NCBI GenBank assembly: GCA_021814615.1 | Contig: JAKAHZ010000001.1 | Location: 31,178 to 95,177, forward strand | Source of the DNA: Nitrospirota bacterium | Lineage (GTDB): Bacteria > Nitrospirota > UBA9217 | Direction of reading: 5' to 3' | DNA length: 64,000 nucleotides | Part shown: piece by piece, positions 1-8,903 of the stretch | How positions within the stretch are numbered: the first letter of the stretch is position 1 | Layout: every line of letters begins with the position of its first letter | Program-made: the position numbers and the translations under genes | The notes under the pieces: generated by a model | Database searches by the model: none | Seen by the model: the letters and a program-made list of their open reading frames with translations, nothing else | What the model was told of the DNA's origin: nothing

Positions 1-3
1 GCC

Positions 4-1302
4 ATGAGCGCCACGCTCAACCTGGACCGCCTGCTCCGGATCATCCTGACCGCCGCCACCATGGGCGGTACGGGCCTGGGATTCAACCGCGCGATCCTGC
101 TCCTGACGAACGAACGTACCAACGTGCTCCAGGGCATGATGGGCGTCGGCCCCTCGTCATGGGAGGACGCAAGCCGCGCCTGGACGGAGGTGGCCCGGAA
201 GCACAAGAGCCTGCTCGAGTGGATCCAGACCGGCGAGCTCTTCGAGCCTCGGGACACGGAGATCAACGCCATCGCCCGCACCATCCGCATCCCCCTCGAA
301 CCTGCGTCCGGCGTCCTTGCAATGACGGCTCTCGAAAAGCGGCCCTTCAACATCGTCGATGCTGCATCGGACCCGCTCGTGCGGCCGGGCCTTCGGGACA
401 TCCTCAAGGTGGATAGTTTCGCAACGGTGCCGCTCATGGCAAAGAGCCGCGCCATCGGCGTGATCCTCGTGGACAACATGTTTACGAAGAGGCCCATTAC
501 GGAACACGACATCCGGTTCCTGACCATGTTCGCCCAGCAGGCGGCGCTGGCCATCGACAACGCCATCAACCATTCCAACGCCGAGACCATGAACCGCGAC
601 ATCCGCGTCATGCACGAGCAGCTCGCCCAGTCCGAAAAAATGGCAGCCCTGGGCGTCATGATGGCCGAGATCACCCACGAGATCCGCAACCCTCTCGTCT
701 CCATCGGCGGGTTCACGCGGCGGCTTGCGCGGAAGCTCACTGACCCCGAGGCGATCCGGTACATCGACATCATCCTGGGCGAGGTCGCACGGCTCGAGGG
801 CATCATCCACGACAATCTGGCCTACGTTAAGAATGTGAGCCCCCTGTTCACCCGGCAGCGGCTCAACCCCCTGCTCGACGAGATGCTGGCGGTCTTCGAA
901 GAGGAGATGCGTCAACGGGGCATCCGCCTGGAGAAGAGCCTCGCCGACAACCTGCCGGATGTCGAGATGGACGCACAACAGATGAAGCAGGCCGCGGTCA
1001 ACCTGGTGACGAATGCCATGGAAGCCATGGAGCGCGGCGGATTGCTCACGGTGCGCACCTCCCTGAGCGCGGAAAAGAACGAGGTCGTTCTGGAGATCGG
1101 CGACACGGGACCCGGTGTTTCATCGGAAGCGATGCATAACCTGTTCAATCCCTACTACACGACCAAGGTCAAGGGCACCGGCCTGGGCCTGCCGATCACG
1201 CACCGGGTCATCAAGAGCCACAAGGGGACCATCGTCTTTCGCAACAAGGAAACGGGCGGCGCGCTGTTCATCGTCCGGCTGCCGCTGCCGAAGGAAGCCT
1301 AG
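4..1302 (+). CDS. Sensor histidine kinase with GAF-like N-terminal region (5' end truncated by window edge)
   Basis: H-box '[13 protein letters not shown]' and HATPase G2 box 'GTGLGLPI' in the translation; ORF runs from window start so true start is likely upstream. Confidence 0.8.
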   Translation: MSATLNLDRLLRIILTAATMGGTGLGFNRAILLLTNERTNVLQGMMGVGPSSWEDASRAWTEVARKHKSLLEWIQTGELFEPRDTEINAIARTIRIPLEPASGVLAMTALEKRPFNIVDAASDPLVRPGLRDILKVDSFATVPLMAKSRAIGVILVDNMFTKRPITEHDIRFLTMFAQQAALAIDNAINHSNAETMNRDIRVMHEQLAQSEKMAALGVMMAEITHEIRNPLVSIGGFTRRLARKLTDPEAIRYIDIILGEVARLEGIIHDNLAYVKNVSPLFTRQRLNPLLDEMLAVFEEEMRQRGIRLEKSLADNLPDVEMDAQQMKQAAVNLVTNAMEAMERGGLLTVRTSLSAEKNEVVLEIGDTGPGVSSEAMHNLFNPYYTTKVKGTGLGLPITHRVIKSHKGTIVFRNKETGGALFIVRLPLPKEA

Positions 1303-1347
1303 CGGCTGCTTCCTGTGCTATACTTAGAGGCGTACGGAGGAGGAGAA

Positions 1348-1698
1348 ATGAAGAAGATCCTGGTCGTCGACGACGAAGAGAACATCTGCCGGCTCTACCG
1401 CGAAGAGCTCGAGGATATGGGCTATGAAGTGACCACGGTCTGCGACGGCACCTCGGCGCTCGATGCCATGGACAAGGCAGTGTATGACCTCGTGACCCTG
1501 GACATGCGCATGAAGGGCATCGACGGCATCGAAACGCTTCGCCGGATGAAGGAGAAGAACGCCAACCTCCCGGTCATCATTTCCTCCGCCTACGAGGAGT
1601 TCAAGAACGATTTCGGCAGCTGGTGCTCCGACGCCTACATCGTCAAATCCGCTGACACCACCGCACTCCGCGAAACCATCAAGAAGATCCTCGGATGA
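1348..1698 (+). CDS. Response regulator receiver domain protein (CheY-like, single domain)
   Basis: 'KILVVDDEENI...LVTLDMRMKGIDG' receiver motifs with phospho-acceptor Asp context; strong RBS GGAGGAG 6 nt upstream of ATG at 1348. Confidence 0.8.
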   Translation: MKKILVVDDEENICRLYREELEDMGYEVTTVCDGTSALDAMDKAVYDLVTLDMRMKGIDGIETLRRMKEKNANLPVIISSAYEEFKNDFGSWCSDAYIVKSADTTALRETIKKILG

Positions 1699-2984
1699 AC
1701 GAACAAGCGACCGTCCGCATCGAGAAGCTCGTCCACGGCGGCGAGGGCCTCGCCCATCTGGATGACGGGAGGGCCGTCTTTGTCTCCGGCGTCCTGCCCG
1801 GCGAGCTCGTCAGGATCGAGCTGCGCGGCAAGCGCAAGGGCTCCTTTGTGGCCCGGCTTTCCAAGGTGCTCGAACCGTCGGCGGACCGCGTCGCCCCGCC
1901 CTGCGGCGGGGAGAAGCAGTGCACCGGCGCCACCTGGACCCACATCGCCTACCCTGCCCAGCTCCGGCTGAAGCAGGAGATCCTGCTCGAGACCCTGCAG
2001 CGCACCGGCGGCATGTCGCCCCGCCGCCTCCAGCCCATCATTCCGTCTCCGCATCAGGACCACTACCGGCTGCGCACCCAGTTCAATGTGCGCATGAAGG
2101 ACGGCGTGCAAAGGCTCGGATTCTTCCGGCAGGGCTCCTACGACCTGGTCGAGGTCGAAGATTCCTTCCTGATCCATCCGGTCATCAACCGCACGCTCGC
2201 CGAAGTCCGGAAGCTCGTCGGCCTCCTGCCGCCGCTCGAGGAGGTGCACATCAACGCGAGTCCCGCGGGCGATGTCCATCTGCTCCTTTTCGGCACCGGG
2301 GCATCCTTCCCTCCGGCCCGGGAGTTCTTCGAGAAGCTGCGACAGGCTGTTCCGGGCGTCATCGGCGTGACCGGATTCGCCGGCAGGAAGAAGAGCTTCT
2401 CCCTCGGCGAGAGCCGCCTGGTCCTCGAAGTGGAAGGCCTGACGCTTCACGCCACGGAGGGAAACTTCTTCCAGGTGAACTGGGAGCAGAACCGCGCCAT
2501 GGTGCGGACCGTGCTCGATTTCGCCGGTCTTGCGGGCGGCGAGACCGTGCTGGACCTGTACTGCGGCATCGGGAACTTCGCCCTGCCGCTCGCCCGGAAG
2601 GCCGGCCGGGTCTTCGGGATCGAATCGGGCTTCTCTGCCATCGAGAATGCGAAAGCCAACGCGAAGCTGAACAATATCGCGAACGCGGAATTCTTCGCCG
2701 ACGATCTTCAGCGCGGACTCAAGCCCCTGCTGGAGCGGAAGCTTCGCGCCGAAGTGGTGGTGCTGGATCCGCCGCGCGCCGGCGCCACGCTCAAGACCCT
2801 GGAACGCATCCTCGCCTTCGTGCCGCGGAAGATCGTCTATGTCTCCTGCAATCCCGCGACCCTCGCCCGGGACCTCAAGTTCTTCCACCTCTTCGACTTC
2901 CGGCTCGACCGGCTGCAACCCGTGGACATGTTCCCCTGGACCTACCACATCGAGTGCGTCGCCGAAATGGTGCGGGAGGGCTGA
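1695..2984 (+). CDS. rlmD: 23S rRNA (uracil-5-)-methyltransferase RumA/RlmD family (TRAM + SAM-MTase)
   Basis: N-terminal TRAM-like region; SAM motif 'LDLYCGIGNFALPLA', 'VLDPPRAG', C-terminal catalytic Cys region; ATGA overlap with upstream regulator. Confidence 0.75.
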   Translation: MNEQATVRIEKLVHGGEGLAHLDDGRAVFVSGVLPGELVRIELRGKRKGSFVARLSKVLEPSADRVAPPCGGEKQCTGATWTHIAYPAQLRLKQEILLETLQRTGGMSPRRLQPIIPSPHQDHYRLRTQFNVRMKDGVQRLGFFRQGSYDLVEVEDSFLIHPVINRTLAEVRKLVGLLPPLEEVHINASPAGDVHLLLFGTGASFPPAREFFEKLRQAVPGVIGVTGFAGRKKSFSLGESRLVLEVEGLTLHATEGNFFQVNWEQNRAMVRTVLDFAGLAGGETVLDLYCGIGNFALPLARKAGRVFGIESGFSAIENAKANAKLNNIANAEFFADDLQRGLKPLLERKLRAEVVVLDPPRAGATLKTLERILAFVPRKIVYVSCNPATLARDLKFFHLFDFRLDRLQPVDMFPWTYHIECVAEMVREG

Positions 2985-3006
2985 TGCGGGAACCGTCAGG
3001 ATTCCG

Positions 3007-3035
3007 TTGACAGCCGTGCCCTGTCGGGATATCAT
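3007..3035 (+). promoter_or_regulatory. Sigma70-like promoter TTGACA-N17-TATCAT upstream of ferritin-like gene
   Basis: TTGACA at 3007-3012, 17-nt spacer, TATCAT at 3030-3035, about 60 nt upstream of ATG 3096. Confidence 0.4.
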
Positions 3036-3095
3036 CTTGGTACCGAAACCGCCCCGATGCGGTTCTGTTCACACTTCAGCATCAAGGGAGACCTC

Positions 3096-3560
3096 ATGAA
3101 CAAGTACAATATCGATGAAGTGCTCGAAATGGCAGTCCAGACCGAGCGTCTGGGTTATCAGTTCTACACGTCCATGGCGGAGAAGTTCAAGAACGACAAG
3201 GCGCTGGTGGACCTCTTCTCCACCCTGGCAAGCAAGGAGCGGAACCACGAGAAGGTCTTCACGGACCTGAAGAACATGGTGACCAAGTCGGGCACCGACC
3301 CGGTGGAGTGGCAGGAAGTGTCGAACTACATGCGCGCCTTCGTGGAGTCGGAGTTCTTCCTCGGCCGGGGAAAGTCCCTCCCCTCCATGGACCACATCAA
3401 GTCCGTGAAGGACGCGGTCAAGTTCGCCATGGGATTCGAAAAGGAAACGCTCCTCTACTTCCTGGCGCTGCGCGGCGTGGTGCGGGAAAAGGAGATGGTC
3501 GACGAGGTGGTGAACGAGGAAAAGAGCCACATCATGTGGCTTGCGGCGTTCAAGATCTAG
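3096..3560 (+). CDS. Ferritin-like diiron four-helix-bundle protein (rubrerythrin family)
   Basis: Two E...ExxH motif pairs ('QTERLG','KERNHEK','FEKETL','NEEKSHIM'); RBS GGGAGA upstream of ATG. Confidence 0.6.
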   Translation: MNKYNIDEVLEMAVQTERLGYQFYTSMAEKFKNDKALVDLFSTLASKERNHEKVFTDLKNMVTKSGTDPVEWQEVSNYMRAFVESEFFLGRGKSLPSMDHIKSVKDAVKFAMGFEKETLLYFLALRGVVREKEMVDEVVNEEKSHIMWLAAFKI

Positions 3561-3582
3561 CCTATCACCCCTGACGGAACAC

Positions 3583-3613
3583 AAAAGGCCCGGAGCAATC
3601 CGGGCCTTTTGTT
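3583..3613. terminator. Rho-independent terminator (bidirectional hairpin)
   Basis: Perfect 12-bp stem 'aaaaggcccgga'/'tccgggcctttt' with 4-nt loop and flanking T/A runs, between convergent genes. Confidence 0.7.
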
Positions 3614-3680
3614 GTCTCGCGTCATTGATTGCAGGTGAAGTTGTTTACACACAGCCCCCGCACAGCACTTTCACAGGACA

Positions 3681-4454
3681 TTACTTCTTGAGCAGGTCGC
3701 CGATCGTCACGAGCTCGTATCCTTTCGCGCGAAGCTGTTTCACGATCTCGGGCAGCACCTCCGCGGTGCGGACGCCGTTCCGGTTCATGTGGAAGACCAG
3801 GATGCTGCCGCCTTTGGCCTCTTCGAGAACGGAACGGATGATCCTCTTCGCGGAGAGCCCCGGATCGGGATCGCCTGACGCGACATCGTACTGGATCGTC
3901 ACCAGACCGGCCTTCTTCGCCAGATTCGCCACGCGTTCGTCCACTTCGCCGAAGGGCGGACGGAAGTACCGCGGCTTCTTCCCCGTGGCCTTCTTGATGA
4001 TGGCCTGCGTGCGCCGGAACTCGGCGAGCACGCGATCGTCGCTTTTCTCCATCAGGTGCGGGTGCCAGTAGGCATGGTTGCCGATCTCGAACTGGGGAAG
4101 TGCAGCGAGTTCCTTCGCCCGCTCCGCGTTCTTCTCCACCCACCGGCCGCTCATGAAGAGCGTTGCAGGCACCTTTTCCTTGAGCAGGAACTCGACCACC
4201 TTTGCGTCATATTCGTCTTCTTTGGTCGTGGGACAGGCGTCAAAGGTGAGCGCGATCTTCTTCGAATCCCGCGGACCATGCTCGATGATCGGAGCTGCGG
4301 AATCCTGGCCCGCCCGGACGACGGCGCGGCCTGACCCGAAGAGGATCATGAGCGTCACAGAAAGGACCAGAAGCCCGGCCGAGATTACTGTCCGGGAATG
4401 CGGTTGCAGAGGCAAGTGCGGGCGGGGAAGCATGTTCCAGCGTTGCTCACTCAT
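3681..4454 (-). CDS. Polysaccharide deacetylase (NodB homology domain) family protein
   Basis: 'LTFDACP...' and 'HAYWHPH' His motif typical of NodB-type deacetylases; N-terminal TM/signal segment. Confidence 0.7.
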   Translation of the reverse strand: MSEQRWNMLPRPHLPLQPHSRTVISAGLLVLSVTLMILFGSGRAVVRAGQDSAAPIIEHGPRDSKKIALTFDACPTTKEDEYDAKVVEFLLKEKVPATLFMSGRWVEKNAERAKELAALPQFEIGNHAYWHPHLMEKSDDRVLAEFRRTQAIIKKATGKKPRYFRPPFGEVDERVANLAKKAGLVTIQYDVASGDPDPGLSAKRIIRSVLEEAKGGSILVFHMNRNGVRTAEVLPEIVKQLRAKGYELVTIGDLLKK

Positions 4455-4527
4455 GACTTCGACACTATACCACGATCCTTCCGGGTTTTCTGTGTTTTCG
4501 CCCTCCCAAATCCCTTATAATGCATGG

Positions 4528-5520
4528 GTGAACATCGCCGAAACCCTGAAAGCGAATCCCCTCGTGCTCGCGCCCATGGCAGGCATCACGGACCTGCCCT
4601 TCCGCGTGATCTGCCGCGAGCTGGGCGCCGGCATTGTCTACTCCGAGATGGTGAGCGCTGAGGCACTGATCCGCAATCAGCCGCGCACCCGGGAAATGCT
4701 CGTGACCGTTCCTTCGGAGCGGCCCGTGGCGTTCCAGATCTTCGGCTGCCGGCCCGCATCCATGGCGGGCGCTGCCCGGATCCTTTCCGAGCTCCCGATT
4801 GACATCATCGACATCAACATGGGCTGTCCCGTGCCGAAGGTGCTCCGGAGCGGCGCGGGATCGGCGCTATTGCGGGACCTGGGACTGGCGCGGGAGATCA
4901 TGGCAGCGGTGGTCGAAGCGTCGGCCAAGCCCGTGACCGTCAAGATCCGGCTCGGATGGGACGCAAAGAGCATCATCGCGCCGGAACTCGCGCGCATGGC
5001 GCAGGATGCGGGCATTGCCGCGGTCACGGTGCACGGCCGCACCAAGGCGCAGGGTTTCTCGGGATCCGCGGACTGGACCATGATCCGGAAGGTGAAAGAA
5101 GCGGTTGCACTTCCCGTCATCGGGAACGGCGATGTCCGCTCAGCGCAGGACGCATGCCGCATGCTCGACGAAACAGGTTGCGACGGCGTGATGATCGGCA
5201 GGGCCATCGAGGGCAATCCCTGGATCTTTCGCGAGGCGAAGTCCCTGCTTTCCACCGGCGCGGTTCCGCCCCATCCCACGCTGGAGGAACGGCAGCAGGT
5301 CATGCTCCGCCACCTGGACGATGTGGTCGCCATGCTCGGCGAGAACGTCGGCATACGCGAGATGCGCAAGCACCTCTGCTGGTACACCAAGGGTCTCCAG
5401 GGCGGAGCGGAATTCCGGGAGCAGGTGAATCACATCGAAAGCAGGGAAGCGGTCATCAATGCCATCCGCTCCTATTTCAGCCATCTCAGCCGGGAAGTTC
5501 AAGGACATGTTGTGTGGTAA
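4528..5520 (+). CDS. dusB: tRNA-dihydrouridine synthase B
   Basis: 'LAPMAGITDLPFRVICRELGAG', 'INMGCP', 'IGRAIEGNPWIFRE' align with E. coli DusB throughout; probable GTG start near 4528; upstream part of listed ORF overlaps deacetylase antisense. Confidence 0.85.
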   Translation: MNIAETLKANPLVLAPMAGITDLPFRVICRELGAGIVYSEMVSAEALIRNQPRTREMLVTVPSERPVAFQIFGCRPASMAGAARILSELPIDIIDINMGCPVPKVLRSGAGSALLRDLGLAREIMAAVVEASAKPVTVKIRLGWDAKSIIAPELARMAQDAGIAAVTVHGRTKAQGFSGSADWTMIRKVKEAVALPVIGNGDVRSAQDACRMLDETGCDGVMIGRAIEGNPWIFREAKSLLSTGAVPPHPTLEERQQVMLRHLDDVVAMLGENVGIREMRKHLCWYTKGLQGGAEFREQVNHIESREAVINAIRSYFSHLSREVQGHVVW

Positions 5521-5529
5521 AAACCCCGT

Positions 5530-5702
5530 GCGAAAATCCAGGCATGTGACCGAGTCCGAGTGTTAAACATTTCGGATGTCCGAAGCCCGCAGGGCAAGTT
5601 TCCGAAATGTCCCGAGGACGACCGAACATGCCGTGAAGGATTTTCGCGGGGTGCCGTTCTTTGGCGCCACCTTTCTTCGGGCAAGCAAGAAAGGTGGCTG
5701 GA
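5530..5702. repeat. Copy 1 of ~150-170 bp structured intergenic repeat family (MITE/REP-like)
   Basis: Near-identical to 23197-23375 and 30348-30520 (reverse orientation) and partial 34085-34135; internal stems 'catttcgga...tccgaaatg' and 'gccacctttctt...aagaaaggtggc'. Confidence 0.7.
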
Positions 5703-5871
5703 GTTTTTCTCAGGCTAGCTAATACAGCATAATGTGGTTATAGAGAGATACGCACAGAAAGTCAAAAAAGCCCCTTTATTTCTACCACGAACAATTCACC
5801 CTGCGAAACCACACCAGAATGAGTCTTGCCGGAGCGCTGCAAATAACGCACCCCTTGGAGTATAATGTCCC

Positions 5872-6693
5872 ATGTCCCGGATCGCAAAACCGCTGGAACT
5901 TTTCAAACACCTTCCCCGCACGAACTGCGGCGACTGCAGGATCTCCACCTGTCTCGCCTTTGCCGCGGCGGTCATCAAGGAAGAGAAGCGGCTCGCCGAC
6001 TGCCCGCACCTGGACCGGGATCTCGTCACGAAGCTGGATGGTTCGATCGAGCGGCAGGTTAACCTGGAAACGATCCAGGAGGACCAGCTGCGGGAATTGC
6101 AGGGAAGGATCGCCGGGATCCCGCTCTCCGGTCGTGCTGCAGCCATCGGCGCAACGATGGGCAGCGGGACGCTCGTCGTCAATTGTTTAGGCAGGAACTT
6201 CGAGGTCGATGCGGCGGGAAACGTGCGGTCCCATTGCCACACCCACCCCTGGTTCTCCCTTCCCCTGCTCGACTATATCCTCACGAGCACGGGAGGCGCG
6301 GCCTCGAACCGGTGGGTTCCCTTCCGCGAGCTCACGCACGGCCGAACCTGGCAGCAGCTCTTCGAGCGGCGATGCGAGCGGCCGCTCAAAGAGCTCGCGG
6401 ACAGCCACAGCGAACTCTTCGACGAGCTGACGTCGCTCTTCAGCGCGGCCTCGTCGGACCGTATGTTCGATGCCGATATCTCCGTTCTGCTCCAGCCCCT
6501 TCCCCGCGTGCCCCTGCTGCTTTGCTACTGGAAGCCCGAGGACGGCATGGAATCGAAGCTCCACCTCTTCTTCGACGCTTCCGCCGAGGAGCACCTGCAT
6601 ATCGAGTCGCTCTTCACGCTCGGCACCGGCATGGTGCGCATGTTCGAGAAGATCATGCTGAAGCATACGGACAAGCGCCTGGAGATCCTGTAG
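5872..6693 (+). CDS. Fe-S cluster domain protein (CFeSP/RnfB-type N-terminal Cx2Cx4Cx16C motif; DUF3786-like remainder)
   Basis: 'NCGDCRISTCLAFAAAVIKEEKRLADCPH' matches the 4Fe-4S motif of corrinoid Fe-S protein large subunit / PF04060-type domains. Confidence 0.55.
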   Translation: MSRIAKPLELFKHLPRTNCGDCRISTCLAFAAAVIKEEKRLADCPHLDRDLVTKLDGSIERQVNLETIQEDQLRELQGRIAGIPLSGRAAAIGATMGSGTLVVNCLGRNFEVDAAGNVRSHCHTHPWFSLPLLDYILTSTGGAASNRWVPFRELTHGRTWQQLFERRCERPLKELADSHSELFDELTSLFSAASSDRMFDADISVLLQPLPRVPLLLCYWKPEDGMESKLHLFFDASAEEHLHIESLFTLGTGMVRMFEKIMLKHTDKRLEIL

Positions 6694-6707
6694 AAGTTCC
6701 TGCGGCC

Positions 6708-7217
6708 CTACCACGCGTTCCGGTGAATGCGGCCCGCATCGAACCGGTCGGCGCGCCCGGGATTTTGCGCAGGGTAGCCGAGCGGAACGAGCGAAAGCGG
6801 AACGACCTCGTCGGGCAGATTGAGGAGTTTTCGGATTCCCGCGATGCGCTCGTCGAAGGGATAGATGGCCGTCCAGACCGAGCCCAACCCTTTCGCCGTG
6901 GCCGCGAGCAGCAGGTTCTCCGTCGCCGCGGAACAATCCTGGACCCAGCAGCCCTTGTATTTTTCGAGCCGCAGGTCCCCGCAGACGAGCACCGCCACGG
7001 AAGCGTGCTTCAGCATGGCGGAATAGGGATGGAACGCCGGGATCGCGTCCAGGATCGTGCGTTCCGTGATCACGACGAAGTGCCAGGGCTGCTCATTCCC
7101 CGCCGACGGAGCAGCCATGGCGGCCTTGAGCAGCTCCGCGACCATACTCTCCGACACGGGTTTGGATGTATACAACCGCACGCTCCGCCTGCCCAGGATC
7201 GCGTCAAAGGTATCCAT
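6708..7217 (-). CDS. Nitroreductase family protein
   Basis: 'RRSVRLYTSKPV...APSAGNEQPWHFVVI' FMN-nitroreductase fold motifs. Confidence 0.75.
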   Translation of the reverse strand: MDTFDAILGRRSVRLYTSKPVSESMVAELLKAAMAAPSAGNEQPWHFVVITERTILDAIPAFHPYSAMLKHASVAVLVCGDLRLEKYKGCWVQDCSAATENLLLAATAKGLGSVWTAIYPFDERIAGIRKLLNLPDEVVPLSLVPLGYPAQNPGRADRFDAGRIHRNAW

Positions 7218-7305
7218 GACTCACCGTCCTTTCCATCTTTCTCGACCAAGACATGACTGTTTCCCTTCGTGATCTTCGTGTCCTTCGTGGTAAATCCGTC
7301 CAGAC

Positions 7306-8376
7306 TCACCGGTCCACAAAACACTGCGGGTCGTCGCTCAGAAAATCGCCTGATCCGCGCGCCAGCGCATCGGCATACGCGATCGCCCTGCAGCCCCTGC
7401 ATTCCTCCCAGTGGCCGCAGGAACCGCATTTCCCCGAATATCTGCTTTTGTCGCGCAGTGCCTCGAGCACCGGCGAGGCCGCCCAGAGTTCGCGCAGCGA
7501 ATGGGTCCGCACATTCCCGATCGGCAGGGGCATGCGGCGGCAGGGAACGACCGTTCCGTCGGCAAGCAGCGTGAGACCCGAAACGCCGGCCGAACATCCT
7601 CCCGAGGGAACCCCGCCCGTCCGGTCGCGTTTGCGCCTGCCGGGATGCTTCATCGACCGTTCCCGCCGGTGCGCGGCTGCAACGGGGTCTCCGGTCACAA
7701 TCTCCAGCCCCGGGATGTCGGTGGCGAACAATTCTTCGTACAAGCTCCTGACCTCCGCGGCGGACAGCATCGCCTGTCCCAGGCCCGCCGCTTTTCCCGC
7801 GGGAACAAGCCGGGAGAATCCCAGGCGCTGGGCGCCGATGTGGGAGGCGAAGCGCACGACCTTCTTCATGCTCTTCGCGTTCAGCCGGGACAATGTAACG
7901 TTCAGGGTCACGGGCACACCCGCGTCGAGCAGATGTTCGATGCCGTCCGACGCCCGTTCGAAACTGCCCGGCCCGCGCACCGATTCATGGATCTCCTCGC
8001 ACCCCTCGATGCTCACCTGCGCGCCTTTCACGCCCAGCTCGGCGATCCGGCGGGCGCGTGTGCGGTCGATGAGCGTTCCGTTCGTCAGGAGAAAGGTCTC
8101 GTAGCTCCGCGCATGCAGCAGGCCCAGCACCTGCTCCAGATCCGGCCGCAGGAGCGGTTCGCCGCCGGTGATGTTGAAGCTCGGCTTGATCGAAACGTCA
8201 TAGGCGCGCCGCCAGGCCCCGAACATCTCGTCGATCTCTTCCAAGGTCTCGTTGATTTCCTCAAGGGAAAGCTCGCTTCCCGGCGTGCCGGTCTGATAGC
8301 AATGCGAGCAGGCAAGGTTGCATCGTTCCGTCAGATGCCACTGGATCAGGAAATCATGGGTTTCGGTCACGGACAT
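7306..8376 (-). CDS. Radical SAM enzyme with C-terminal SPASM domain (peptide/protein-modifying maturase family)
   Basis: Radical SAM 'CNLACSHC' (Cx3Cx2C) near N-terminus; SPASM Cys cluster 'GGCSAG...PC...CGSCGHWEECRGC'; likely start MSVTE with GAGGA RBS (alt ATG at 8415). Confidence 0.75.
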   Translation of the reverse strand: MSVTETHDFLIQWHLTERCNLACSHCYQTGTPGSELSLEEINETLEEIDEMFGAWRRAYDVSIKPSFNITGGEPLLRPDLEQVLGLLHARSYETFLLTNGTLIDRTRARRIAELGVKGAQVSIEGCEEIHESVRGPGSFERASDGIEHLLDAGVPVTLNVTLSRLNAKSMKKVVRFASHIGAQRLGFSRLVPAGKAAGLGQAMLSAAEVRSLYEELFATDIPGLEIVTGDPVAAAHRRERSMKHPGRRKRDRTGGVPSGGCSAGVSGLTLLADGTVVPCRRMPLPIGNVRTHSLRELWAASPVLEALRDKSRYSGKCGSCGHWEECRGCRAIAYADALARGSGDFLSDDPQCFVDR

Positions 8377-8476
8377 GTATCTGTTCCTCGTGTGGGCCAT
8401 CGGAAACGCGTGCATGGCTGTCCGCGTCTTACCGGGAAGATATCCTCCGCTGAGAGACTGCGGAATGTTGATGGAC

Positions 8477-8578
8477 TAAACCTATCACGGAGACAGGGAG
8501 ACCCAGAGAAAAGCAATTTGCATATATGATGATTTATTCAGTGTCCTCAGTGTCTCCGTGGTGATAATCGACTTTTCG
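8477..8578. repeat. ~95-nt hairpin element (copy 1 of 2); inverted repeat cacggagacag.../...ctcagtgtctccgtg
   Basis: Near-identical copy at 59603-59705; long imperfect stem flanking an ~60-nt AT-richer loop containing 'gcaatttgcatatatgatgat'. Confidence 0.7.
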
Positions 8579-8685
8579 ACTTCACCCAGGTTGGACGGAA
8601 AAGAAGAGCAGGGTCCCGCGTTTCCGGCCCCTGCTCCTGATGGTGTTGCCGACCGGCAACAAGAGCGTCAGCTCTTTCAACCCTT

Positions 8686-8784
8686 TCATTTCCTGCAGGC
8701 AGACCCTGCGGGCGCGGCTTTCTTGAGGTTTTCCCAGAGCGCCGCCTCCTTGGCAAGGTCCTTCAGGCTCATCGCCTTCTTCAT
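8686..8784 (-). CDS. Candidate 32-aa peptide MKKAMSLKDLAKEAALWENLKKAAPAGSACRK (possible radical-SAM substrate precursor)
   Basis: Unlisted small ORF found by reading the - strand; strong SD GGAGGTGA 6-7 nt upstream of ATG; same strand and upstream of the rSAM/SPASM gene; not in the >=60 aa ORF track. Confidence 0.35.
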   Translation of the reverse strand: MKKAMSLKDLAKEAALWENLKKAAPAGSACRK

Positions 8785-8903
8785 CCTGTCTCACCTCCCG
8801 TCATCGTCGATATGCATCAATGATAACACAAAACGTAAGGCCGTTGCGTCCTCCGGGAAAGCAGTGATTCACCGGCATCTGCATGGTATAGTGCAGGAGC
8901 GGA

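Noticed and set aside
1635-3035. Long antisense ORFs (e.g. 1635-3035 -, 8817-10487 -, 12858-14960 -, 15015-16478 -, 17339-19231 +, 18495-19898 -, 23663-24919 +, 37818-39893 +, 37852-39936 -, 43980-45920 +, 47131-48588 +, 51867-52769 -)
   Set aside because: They lie opposite, or in alternative frames of, genes with clear family motifs. Their translations are Arg/Gly/Pro/Ala-rich low-complexity typical of high-GC shadow ORFs, with no RBS or motif support.
5520-5870. tRNA or other canonical RNA genes in large intergenic gaps (5520-5870, 11334-11682, 22752-23593, 29101-29559)
   Set aside because: I found no cloverleaf-compatible sequence with conserved acceptor stems or T-loop 'GTTC' features. 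The structured sequences there are accounted for by the repeat families.
5840-5871. TGCAAA-N17-TATAAT promoter giving a leaderless transcript for the Fe-S protein gene
   Set aside because: The -35 match is only 3/6 and the -10 lies 12 nt from the ATG. It is plausible but too weak to report as a feature.
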